The notes under the pieces: generated by a model
What the model was told of the DNA's origin: nothing
Database searches by the model: none
Seen by the model: only the letters and a program-made list of their open reading frames with translations
Position numbers and translations under genes: made by a program
In this document: positions 49,994-58,294 of the stretch, piece by piece
How positions within the stretch are numbered: position 1 is the first letter of the stretch
Layout: each line of letters begins with the position of its first letter
NCBI RefSeq assembly: GCF_050699915.1
Contig: NZ_JBOHGA010000005.1
Location: forward strand, 278 to 64,277
Source: Actinophytocola sp.
GTDB lineage: Bacteria; Actinomycetota; Actinomycetes; Mycobacteriales; Pseudonocardiaceae
Reading direction: 5' to 3'
DNA: 64,000 nt

Positions 49994-52900
49994 ATGGCCA
50001 TCACGCTGCACCGTCCCGCGAACCCGGTTCGGTTCGTCACCGCCGCGAGCCTGTTCGACGGGCACGACGCGGCCATCAACATCATGCGCCGCATCCTGCA
50101 GTCGCAGGGCGCCGAGGTCATCCACCTCGGCCACAACCGCTCGGTGCGCGAGGTCGTCCGTGCCGCCATCCAGGAGGACGTCCAGGGCGTCGCGATCAGC
50201 GCCTACCAGGGCGGCCACGTCGAGTACTTCAGCTACCTCGTCGAGCTGCTGAACGAGCACGGCGCGGGCCACATCAAGGTCTTCGGCGGCGGCGGTGGCG
50301 TGATCGTCCACGAGGAGATCCAGCTCCTGCACGAGCGCGGCGTCGCGCGCATCTTCTCCCCGGACGACGGCCAGCAGCTCGGCCTCGCCCCGATGATCAA
50401 CTCGATGGTCGAGGCCTGCGACACCGACCTCGCCGACCGGCCGGAGCCGCCGCTCGACGCGCTCTACGCCGGCCAGCACGACGCGCTCGCCCGCGTCATC
50501 ACCAAGATCGAGGCCGGCAAGCTGGACGAGGCCACGCTCGAGCGGATCCGCGAGACCGCGAAGAGCCGGCAGGTCCCGGTCCTCGGCATCACCGGCACCG
50601 GCGGCTCCGGCAAGTCCTCGCTCACCGACGAGCTCGTCCGCCGCTTCCGCCTCGACCAGGAGGACAAGCTGCGCGTCGCCGTGCTCGCGGTCGACCCGAC
50701 CCGCCGGCGCGGTGGTGGCGCGCTGCTCGGCGACCGGATCCGGATGAACACCCTCGGCGGCATCGCGGGCCTGCCCGGCGGGGACGGCGAACAGGTCTAC
50801 TTCCGCTCGATGGCCACCCGCGGCGCGGCGACCGAGGTGCCCGACGGCCTGACGGACGCGGTCGCCGCGGCCAAGGCGGCCGGCAACGACCTCGTGATCG
50901 TCGAGACGCCCGGCATCGGCCAGGGTGACGCGGCCATCGTGCCGTTCGTCGACACCTCGCTGTACGTGATGACGCCCGAGTTCGGTGCCGCGTCGCAGCT
51001 CGAGAAGATCGACATGCTCGACTTCGCGGACGCCGTGGCCATCAACAAGTTCGAGCGCCGCGGCGCCGAGGACGCCCGCCGCGACGTCGCCCGGCAGCTG
51101 GTGCGCAACCGCGAGGCGTTCGGCTCCTCCTGGGAGGACATGCCGGTCTTCGGCACCAGCGCGGCCACGTTCAACGACGACGGCGTCACCGCCCTCTACC
51201 ACCACACCCGCGACCTGCTCGCCGAGCGCGGGCTGGCGGTCAGCGAGCCGACCCTGGCCTCGGTCGGGAGCAAGGTGTCCACCAGGGCCGCCACCGTCGT
51301 GCCGCCGCAGCGGGTGCGCTACCTCGCCGACATCGCCGACACCGTGCGCGACTACCACGAGCGGACCGACGAGCAGGTCGCCGCGGTGGCCGAACGGGCC
51401 GCGCTCACCCGGGCCCGCTCGGCGCTCGACCGGGCCGGGTTGTCCACAGTGGACATCGACGCGCTCGCCGAGGAGGCCGCGCGCCGGGTACAGCGCGACA
51501 CCGAGGACCTGCTGGCTCGTCACCGCACGCTGGCCGAGGACTACGCCGGCGACGAGCTCGTCGTGCGGGTCCGGGACAAGGAGCTGCACACTCAGCTGTG
51601 GCGCGAGACCCTGTCCGGCAGCCGGATCCCGCGGGTCGCGCTGCCCCGGTACGACGACGAGGGGTCGCTGCTCCGCTTCCTGCGCAAGGAGAACCTGCCC
51701 GGCTACTTCCCGTTCACCGCGGGCGTGTTCCCGTTCAAGCGCGACGGCGAGGACCCGGCCCGCATGTTCGCCGGCGAGGGCGACGCGTTCCGCACCAACC
51801 GCCGCTTCCGCTACCTGTCCGAGGGATCCGAGGCGACCCGGCTGTCGACCGCGTTCGACTCGGTGACGCTCTACGGCCACGACCCGGACACCCCGCCGGA
51901 CATCTACGGCAAGATCGGCACCTCCGGGGTGTCGATCGCGACGCTGGACGACATGAAGGCGCTCTACGAAGGCTTCGACCTCACCGCACCGTCCACATCG
52001 GTCTCCATGACGATCAACGGCCCGGCGCCGACGATCCTCGCGTACTTCCTCAACACCGCGATCGACCAGAACGTCGAGAAGTTCGCCGCCGAGCACGGTC
52101 GCCAGCCGACCGAGGACGAGCGCGCGGAGATCGCCGCGTGGGCGCTCGCCAACGTCCGCGGCACCGTGCAGGCCGACATCCTCAAGGAGGACCAGGGCCA
52201 GAACACCTGCATCTTCTCCACCGAGTTCAGCCTGCGGATGATGGCCGACATCCAGGAGTGGTTCATCGCCAAGAAGGTCCGCAACTTCTACTCGGTGTCG
52301 ATCTCCGGCTACCACATCGCCGAGGCCGGCGCGAACCCCATCAGCCAGCTGGCCTTCACGCTCGCCAACGGGTTCACCTACGTCGAGTCCTACCTCGCTC
52401 GTGGCATGCACATCGACGACTTCGCGGCGAACCTGTCGTTCTTCTTCTCCAACGGCCTCGACGCCGAGTACAGCGTGATCGGCCGGGTGGCGCGGCGGAT
52501 CTGGGCGGTGGCCATGCGCGAGCGCTACGGCGCTAACGAACGCTCGCAGAAGTTCAAGTATCACGTGCAGACCTCGGGCCGGTCGCTGCACGCGCAGGAG
52601 ATGCACTTCAACGACATCCGCACCACGCTGCAGGCGCTCTGTGCGCTGTACGACAACGCGAACTCGTTGCACACCAACGCCTACGACGAGGCGATCACCA
52701 CGCCGACCGAGTCGTCGGTGCGCCGCGCGATGGCCATCCAGCTGATCATCAACAAGGAGTGGGGGCTGTCGAAGAACGAGAACCCGCTGCAGGGCTCGTT
52801 CATCGTCGACGAGCTGACCGACCTGGTCGAGGAGGCCGTGCTGGTCGAGTTCGAGCGCCTCGCCGAACGCGGCGGCGTGCTCGGCGCGATGGAGACCGGC

Positions 52901-53260
52901 TACCAGCGCGGCCGCATCCAGGACGAGTCGATGCTCTACGAGCAGCGCAAGCACGACGGCTCGTTGCCGCTGATCGGCGTGAACACGTTCCTGCCGAACA
53001 AGGAGAACGCCGAGGCACTGCCGACGATCGAGCTGGCCAGGGCCACCGAGGAGGAGAAGCGCTCGCAGGTCGACCGAACCCAGGCGTACCAGCGCAAGCA
53101 CGCCCAGGACGCGCAGCAGGCCCTTCGTCGGCTGCGCGAGGCGGTCGCCGCGGACGAGAATGTCTTCGGCGTGCTGATGGACGCGGCTAGGGTGTGCACG
53201 CTCGGTCAGATCACCGACGCCTTCTTCGAGGTCGGCGGCCAGTACCGGCGCAACGTCTGA
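49994..53260 (+). CDS. icmF: Fused isobutyryl-CoA mutase / MeaB GTPase IcmF
   Basis: N-terminal B12-binding DGHD, GTGGSGKSS, RMFAGEG (Phe specificity position), QADILKEDQGQN. Confidence 0.95.
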   Translation: MAITLHRPANPVRFVTAASLFDGHDAAINIMRRILQSQGAEVIHLGHNRSVREVVRAAIQEDVQGVAISAYQGGHVEYFSYLVELLNEHGAGHIKVFGGGGGVIVHEEIQLLHERGVARIFSPDDGQQLGLAPMINSMVEACDTDLADRPEPPLDALYAGQHDALARVITKIEAGKLDEATLERIRETAKSRQVPVLGITGTGGSGKSSLTDELVRRFRLDQEDKLRVAVLAVDPTRRRGGGALLGDRIRMNTLGGIAGLPGGDGEQVYFRSMATRGAATEVPDGLTDAVAAAKAAGNDLVIVETPGIGQGDAAIVPFVDTSLYVMTPEFGAASQLEKIDMLDFADAVAINKFERRGAEDARRDVARQLVRNREAFGSSWEDMPVFGTSAATFNDDGVTALYHHTRDLLAERGLAVSEPTLASVGSKVSTRAATVVPPQRVRYLADIADTVRDYHERTDEQVAAVAERAALTRARSALDRAGLSTVDIDALAEEAARRVQRDTEDLLARHRTLAEDYAGDELVVRVRDKELHTQLWRETLSGSRIPRVALPRYDDEGSLLRFLRKENLPGYFPFTAGVFPFKRDGEDPARMFAGEGDAFRTNRRFRYLSEGSEATRLSTAFDSVTLYGHDPDTPPDIYGKIGTSGVSIATLDDMKALYEGFDLTAPSTSVSMTINGPAPTILAYFLNTAIDQNVEKFAAEHGRQPTEDERAEIAAWALANVRGTVQADILKEDQGQNTCIFSTEFSLRMMADIQEWFIAKKVRNFYSVSISGYHIAEAGANPISQLAFTLANGFTYVESYLARGMHIDDFAANLSFFFSNGLDAEYSVIGRVARRIWAVAMRERYGANERSQKFKYHVQTSGRSLHAQEMHFNDIRTTLQALCALYDNANSLHTNAYDEAITTPTESSVRRAMAIQLIINKEWGLSKNENPLQGSFIVDELTDLVEEAVLVEFERLAERGGVLGAMETGYQRGRIQDESMLYEQRKHDGSLPLIGVNTFLPNKENAEALPTIELARATEEEKRSQVDRTQAYQRKHAQDAQQALRRLREAVAADENVFGVLMDAARVCTLGQITDAFFEVGGQYRRNV

Positions 53261-53317
53261 GCGAGAGCGACGGAGCGGAGCGAACCGTTCAACACGTCTG
53301 AGTGCTACGGAGGATTT

Positions 53318-54175
53318 GTGGTTATCGAGAGTGTCGGGGTTGTCGGCTGCGGGCTGATGGGGTCGGGCATCGCGGAGGTCTGCGCGCGTGCCGGGCTGGA
53401 CGTCGTGGTCACCGAGGTGAACCAGGACGCGCTCACCGCCGGTCGCGCGCGGGTGGAGAAGTCCCTCGCACGGGCGGTGCGCAGCGGCAAGCTCGACGAG
53501 GCCGGCCGGGACGCCGCCCTCGGGCGGATGCGGTTCAGTGAGGACCTCGGCGACTTCGCCGACCGGCAGCTCGTCGTCGAGGCCGTCGCGGAGAACGAGC
53601 AGATCAAGACCGACGTGTTCACCACTCTCGACAAGGTCGTCACCGACCCGGAGGCGATCTTCGCGTCCAACACGTCCTCGATCCCGATCATGAAGCTGGG
53701 CATGGCCACGTCGCGGCCCCAACAGGTGATCGGCATCCACTTCTTCAACCCGGTGCCGGTGCTCAAGCTGGTCGAGCTGGTGCCCTCGCTGCTCACCGGC
53801 GAGACCACCAAGGAGCGCGCGGACAGGTTCGTCGAGGACCAGCTGGGCAAGGAGGTCATCCTGTCCCAGGACCGCGCGGGCTTCGTGGTGAACGCGCTGC
53901 TCGTGCCGTACCTGCTGTCCGCGATCCGGATGCTGGAGTCCGGGTTCGCCTCGCCCGAGGACATCGACACCGGCATGGTGCAGGGCTGTGCGCACCCGAT
54001 GGGCCCGCTGCGGCTGACCGACCTGATCGGCCTGGACACGACGAAGGCCATCGCCGAGTCGATGTACGCCGAGTTCAAGGAGCCGCTCTACTCACCGCCA
54101 CCGCTGCTGCTGCGCATGGTCGACGCGGGTCTGCTTGGCAAGAAGAGCCAACGCGGCTTCTACGACTACCACTAG
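53318..54175 (+). CDS. hbd: 3-hydroxybutyryl-CoA dehydrogenase
   Basis: GCGLMGSG, SNTSS, HFFNP, HPMGPL. Confidence 0.93.
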   Translation: MVIESVGVVGCGLMGSGIAEVCARAGLDVVVTEVNQDALTAGRARVEKSLARAVRSGKLDEAGRDAALGRMRFSEDLGDFADRQLVVEAVAENEQIKTDVFTTLDKVVTDPEAIFASNTSSIPIMKLGMATSRPQQVIGIHFFNPVPVLKLVELVPSLLTGETTKERADRFVEDQLGKEVILSQDRAGFVVNALLVPYLLSAIRMLESGFASPEDIDTGMVQGCAHPMGPLRLTDLIGLDTTKAIAESMYAEFKEPLYSPPPLLLRMVDAGLLGKKSQRGFYDYH

Positions 54176-54213
54176 CCAGTCCGCCTCCCCGGAATTCAAA
54201 CGTTCGGTCGCCT

Positions 54214-54291
54214 GAGTTCGCACCTTCCGGTTTCGTGCGTACTTGTGGCTGGGTTGCGTCGCGTTCCCCTGAGGTGCGGTTTTGCGCACTC
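54214..54291 (-). repeat. Interspersed repeat, copy 2 (core 54238-54274) within inverted arms
   Basis: Core matches 28393-28429; cgcacct (54219) pairs with aggtgcg (54272), and gagttcgca with tgcgcactc. Confidence 0.8.
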
Positions 54292-54295
54292 TGAG

Positions 54296-54321
54296 TGATA
54301 CAATGAGGCGGAAGTGTCTCA
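54296..54321 (+). promoter_or_regulatory. Extended -10 (TGa-TACAAT) overlapped by a probable TetR operator
   Basis: tgataca-N12-tgtctca inverted repeat upstream of the MpaB-TetR operon. Confidence 0.55.
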
Positions 54322-54341
54322 TCGGCTCAGAGGAGACTGCT

Positions 54342-55196
54342 GTGACCGCATCGGCGCGCGCGGAGCCCGAAGTTGAGGTGCCCGGGCCGGGGTCGTTGCA
54401 CTGGCGCTGGGCCGGCGAGGTGCGTGGGTACCTGCTGCTGGTCAAGGCCGGCCTGCTGCAGCTGATGCATCCCGGGCTCGGCGCCGGGGTCGAGCAGCAT
54501 TCGGACTTCTTCCACGAGCCGTGGGAGCGGGTGCTGCGCTCGGTGCCGGAGATCCAGGGCGTCACCTTCGACTGGCCGCACGGCGGTCGCACCGCGCGCA
54601 GGATCCGCGACTTCCACACGCACATCAAGGGAGTGGACGGTCAGGGCAGGCGCTATCACGCGCTCGACCCGGACGTGTACTTCTGGGCGCACGCGACGAT
54701 CTTCGACGCGCTGTTCCAGATGATCGACCTGTTCGACCATCCGATGACCGACGCGGAGAAGGAGCAGCTCTACGCCGAGAGCCGGGTGGTGTTCCGGGCA
54801 TACGGCGTCAGCGACCGTGCGGTGCCGCCGGACTGGGCGAGCTTCCTCGCCTACTTCGACCGGATGTGCCGCGAGGAGCTGGTGATCACGCCGGCCGCCC
54901 GCGGGCTGGTCGAGTTCGCCAAGGAGCCGCCGGCCACGTTCCCGCTGGTGCCGGCGCCGCTGTACCGGCTGCTGCGCAAGCCGACCGCGAAGCCGCTGTG
55001 GTGGCTGTCGGTCGGCACGCTCCCGGAGCCGGTCCGCGACCTGATCGGCGAGCGGTGGACCGCCCGCGACGAGCGCCGACACCAGCGGTTCCGCCGCGCG
55101 GTGCGGACGTCCTGGCGCGTGGTGCCGCCGCGACTGCGCTACACCGAGCGGGCCCGCCGGGGTTACGCCCGCGCCGGGGTGGGGCCGCGCGGATGA
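54342..55196 (+). CDS. Oxygenase MpaB / DUF2236 family protein
   Basis: PGSLHW, LLQLMHP, IRDFHTHIKG, YHALDP, WAHAT. Confidence 0.88.
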   Translation: MTASARAEPEVEVPGPGSLHWRWAGEVRGYLLLVKAGLLQLMHPGLGAGVEQHSDFFHEPWERVLRSVPEIQGVTFDWPHGGRTARRIRDFHTHIKGVDGQGRRYHALDPDVYFWAHATIFDALFQMIDLFDHPMTDAEKEQLYAESRVVFRAYGVSDRAVPPDWASFLAYFDRMCREELVITPAARGLVEFAKEPPATFPLVPAPLYRLLRKPTAKPLWWLSVGTLPEPVRDLIGERWTARDERRHQRFRRAVRTSWRVVPPRLRYTERARRGYARAGVGPRG

Positions 55197-55801
55197 GCCT
55201 GCTGGAGCTGGTGCTGGCCGAGCCCGACACGGACGCGGTCGGAGAGTCCATTGTGGACGCCGCGCTCGAGGAGTTCCTCGCCTACGGGTTGCGGCGCACC
55301 AATGTCGACGTCGTGGCGCGGCGGGCCGGTGTGTCCCGGGCGACTCTGTACCGGCGCTTCGAGGGCAAGGACGCGCTCGTGCAGGCCGTGCTGGTGCGCG
55401 AGTCGCGGCGGTTCTTCGAGACGATCGCGACCGCGGTGCGCGACCTGGCCGGCGCGGAGGAGCGGCTCGTCGAGGGCTTCGTCGTCGGCGTGCGCCACGC
55501 CAGGGAGGACCGGCTGCTCAACCGGTTGTTGGCGTCGGACCCGGAGGCCCTGCTGCCGTACCTGACCACACACGGCCACCTCGTCGTCGCCGCGGCGCGG
55601 GAGTTCCTCGTCCGGCAGGCGGCGAACGTGCCGGTGGCCGGCCGCACGCCGGCCGGCGTCGCCGAGGTGTTCGTGCGGCTCGCGATCTCGTTCACGCTGC
55701 TGCCGCAGGGGGCGATCCCGTTGGACACCGACGAGGAGGTCCGGGCGTTCGCCAGTGCCTACCTGGCCCCGCTCATGCGGACCGACGGCTCCGAGGGCTG
55801 A
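55193..55801 (+). CDS. TetR family regulator
   Basis: VARRAGVSRATLYRRF; ATGA overlap with the upstream gene. Confidence 0.92.
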   Translation: MSLLELVLAEPDTDAVGESIVDAALEEFLAYGLRRTNVDVVARRAGVSRATLYRRFEGKDALVQAVLVRESRRFFETIATAVRDLAGAEERLVEGFVVGVRHAREDRLLNRLLASDPEALLPYLTTHGHLVVAAAREFLVRQAANVPVAGRTPAGVAEVFVRLAISFTLLPQGAIPLDTDEEVRAFASAYLAPLMRTDGSEG

Positions 55802-56421
55802 GCGAGCCCGGCGTCGATCAGCTGCCGCAGGCCGGCCTTCGCGCTCTGCCACCAGGCTTCCAGCTGCGCGGTGTCCGGGTTGGACAGGCCGAGCAGGGCG
55901 ATGCCGCGTGCGGTGTCCAGGCAGGTACGTGCGAGGCGCCGGTACAGCCCGCGGTCTCCATGGTGGTTGGCGAAGACGGCCGCACAGAAGTCGATGAGAT
56001 CCTCACGGGCGACCGGCGCCACGGCGGCCATCTTCTCGCGCAGCTCGGGATCGGTCCGCGCGGCGATCCACATCTCGACCGTCGCGTGCTGGATCGGGTC
56101 CAGGTGCACCTCCCACACGAGGTCGAGCGTCGCGTCGATCGGGTCGGGCGCATCGCGCACCACGTCGAGCCGCGAGGTGGCGAGTTCCGTGCGCAGGGTC
56201 GCGAGGTGCCGAGCGGCCGCGGCCACGAGGTCCGCGCGGGTGGGGAAGTGGTGCACCTGCGCGCCTCGGGTCACGCCGGCGAGCTCGGTGACCCTGGTCG
56301 TCGTGGTGCCCGCGTAGCCGTACTGGACGAGGCAGTCGACAGTGGCGTCCAGCAACCGTTGGCGCATGGCGGCGCTGCGCTCCTGCTGAGTGCGGCCGGT
56401 CTTGGACTTTCGGGCGGGCAT
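55759..56421 (-). CDS. TetR family regulator
   Basis: RQRLLDATVDCL, AGVTRGAQVHHFPT. Confidence 0.92.
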   Translation of the reverse strand: MPARKSKTGRTQQERSAAMRQRLLDATVDCLVQYGYAGTTTTRVTELAGVTRGAQVHHFPTRADLVAAAARHLATLRTELATSRLDVVRDAPDPIDATLDLVWEVHLDPIQHATVEMWIAARTDPELREKMAAVAPVAREDLIDFCAAVFANHHGDRGLYRRLARTCLDTARGIALLGLSNPDTAQLEAWWQSAKAGLRQLIDAGLAQPSEPSVRMSGAR

Positions 56422-56425
56422 CCCA

Positions 56426-57370
56426 TCAGGTTACTGATTCATGCACCGATGTCGGAAAATCACGACGCCGGGAGTCACCCGTACGTCGGTACAGCGCGCC
56501 GTAGCCGGCGAGCCCGCCGGCGGTGACCAGCGCGGCGAGCCCGGCCAGCGACAGCAGCGTCGGCACGATCGGCGCGGCCAGCGGGGACACCCGGGCGATC
56601 GACTCGGCCACCACGACCGCGCTGAGCAGCAGGTATCCGAAGGCGCCGAGCCGAACGACCCGCATCCGGACGGACTCGGGCCACGCGGTGAACGTCAGCA
56701 GCCAGGCCAGCCCGGGGATCACGAGGATCGCGTGCATGGTGACCGCGTGGGCGGGCTTGAGGAACCCGGCCGTCTCGAACGCGGCCCGCGGGTCGGCCCG
56801 CGACAGCGGCACGCCGACCGCGATCATGGCCGCCCCGAGCGCCATCGCGACGGCCAGCACGACGAACCCGAAGCGCACGGCCAGCCGCATGCTCGGCGTG
56901 CTCCGCCCGACGTGGCGGAAGGCTGCCAGCGTGAACGCCAGCACGAGCACGACGATCGCCAGCCCGCCGAAGGCCAGCGTGAACGCGACCGTCGCGTCGA
57001 ACGGCGTGGTGAAGTTGAAGTGCGACGGCACGCCGCGCCACGACTGCATCGAGACCAGCGTGGTCTCCAGCGCGCAGGCGAGCGTGAACCCGCCGAGCAG
57101 CACCTGCCGGGGGCGTGGACGGAGCGCCACGAAGTGGGTGACCCACACGACCGAGGCCAGCGTGAGGCCGAACGACAGCCCGAACGTGGCCGCCTTGCGC
57201 AGCGAGGTCGGCCCGGTCCACGGCCCGCCGGAGACGACCAGGACGACGAGGTGCACCAGCCCGCTCGCGAACAGCACCGCGCCGACCACGAACGCGGCCC
57301 GCTCGACCCGGATGCCCTCGTCCCAGCTGCGCCGCAGCGAGCGGCCCGTTGTGCGAATCGCCGTGCTCAT
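56426..57370 (-). CDS. Hypothetical multi-pass membrane protein
   Basis: RKAATFGLSFG, QSWRGVPSHFN, HAVTMHA; several TM segments. Confidence 0.75.
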   Translation of the reverse strand: MSTAIRTTGRSLRRSWDEGIRVERAAFVVGAVLFASGLVHLVVLVVSGGPWTGPTSLRKAATFGLSFGLTLASVVWVTHFVALRPRPRQVLLGGFTLACALETTLVSMQSWRGVPSHFNFTTPFDATVAFTLAFGGLAIVVLVLAFTLAAFRHVGRSTPSMRLAVRFGFVVLAVAMALGAAMIAVGVPLSRADPRAAFETAGFLKPAHAVTMHAILVIPGLAWLLTFTAWPESVRMRVVRLGAFGYLLLSAVVVAESIARVSPLAAPIVPTLLSLAGLAALVTAGGLAGYGALYRRTGDSRRRDFPTSVHESVT

Positions 57371-57462
57371 ACCGGTGAGGCTCCTCCGCGGCGGCCCCGG
57401 TGTCGTCACCGTGGGGAGGACTCCGCGGCTACGCCCACGGGCGTACGCCGTCAGGCGATCTG

Positions 57463-58011
57463 TCAGTGGCTGGCCATCGGCGCCGGCTGGTCTCGCCTGG
57501 CCTTCGCGCGGTGGCGGCGCACCGCGTCGCGGTTGGCGCAGGCGGGGGAGCAGTAGCGCTGGCGGCCGCCGCGAGTGAAGTCGCCGAAGGGCAGGTCGCA
57601 CTCGGCGAGAGCGCAACGGCGCAGCCGGTCCATGCCCCGGCCGGTGAGGTGCAGCGCGGTGCCGACGCTGATGAGCGCCCGCAGCACCGCGCCCAGCCGC
57701 AGTCCGGCGTCGCGGTAGTGGATGTGCCAGCCGTCGCCCGCGTGGTCGGTGAGCCGGGGATACGCCGACGCCTCGGCGAGCAGCACGTTGAGCCGTTCGG
57801 CGCGCAGTCGCGGCGTGTCGGCGTCGACGACAGTGAGCCACCGGGCGAGGAACGCCTCGACCTCACGCAGGTCCGCCGGCCCGGCCGGCCGCTCGATGAC
57901 CACGCCGGCCTCGGTGCACCGTTCGGCCAGCTCACCGGCGGTCCGCGGCGGCTTGGCGACGAGCTCGGTCGCCAGTCGCACGGGGTACTCGCCGTAAGGG
58001 TTCAAAAGCAC
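57463..58011 (-). CDS. CGNR zinc-finger (ABATE) protein
   Basis: LTDHAGDGWHIH, C-x4-C...RQRYCSPACANR. Confidence 0.9.
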   Translation of the reverse strand: MLLNPYGEYPVRLATELVAKPPRTAGELAERCTEAGVVIERPAGPADLREVEAFLARWLTVVDADTPRLRAERLNVLLAEASAYPRLTDHAGDGWHIHYRDAGLRLGAVLRALISVGTALHLTGRGMDRLRRCALAECDLPFGDFTRGGRQRYCSPACANRDAVRRHRAKARRDQPAPMASH

Positions 58012-58036
58012 AAGCCCATTACAGCAGACTGGGGCC

Positions 58037-58252
58037 ATGACCGCGACACACCGCTGGGAGACCACCTCGAGCCACGTCACCAGTGAGGGCTGGGTCCGCT
58101 ACCAGCGCTGCGGCTGCGGCTGCGGCGCGACCCGCGTCCTGTTGGGCAGCGAACCGGTCGGCCGATCGATCGACACCGCGGCCGGAATGATCCCGAACGG
58201 CGCGGGGTTGTCGTTGAGCGACGACGATCACGTCGGGGATGTCGGCCGGTAG
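58037..58252 (+). CDS. Small Cys/His protein
   Basis: SSHVTSEGWVRYQRCGCG motif; divergent from the CGNR gene. Confidence 0.6.
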   Translation: MTATHRWETTSSHVTSEGWVRYQRCGCGCGATRVLLGSEPVGRSIDTAAGMIPNGAGLSLSDDDHVGDVGR

Positions 58253-58294
58253 GGCTAGCTTGGGGCGGTACCCGGGCAGAGCCGAGCGGGAGGG

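Noticed and set aside
44179-51448. TTGTCCACA DnaA-box-like 9-mers at 44179 and 51440
   Set aside because: Isolated and inside coding sequence; no cluster and no dnaA/dnaN, so not an origin.
53259-53305. GAGC-rich tandem (gagcgagagcgacggagcggagcgaaccgttcaacac) between icmF and hbd
   Set aside because: It may be a remnant of another intergenic repeat family, but there is only one copy in the window, so it cannot be supported.
49901-53995. Very long antisense or off-frame ORFs (1364 aa here; also 23414..26002, 60883..63849, 15210..17189, 7652..9781 and others)
   Set aside because: Typical stop-poor shadow frames in high-GC DNA opposite well-supported genes; no motifs.
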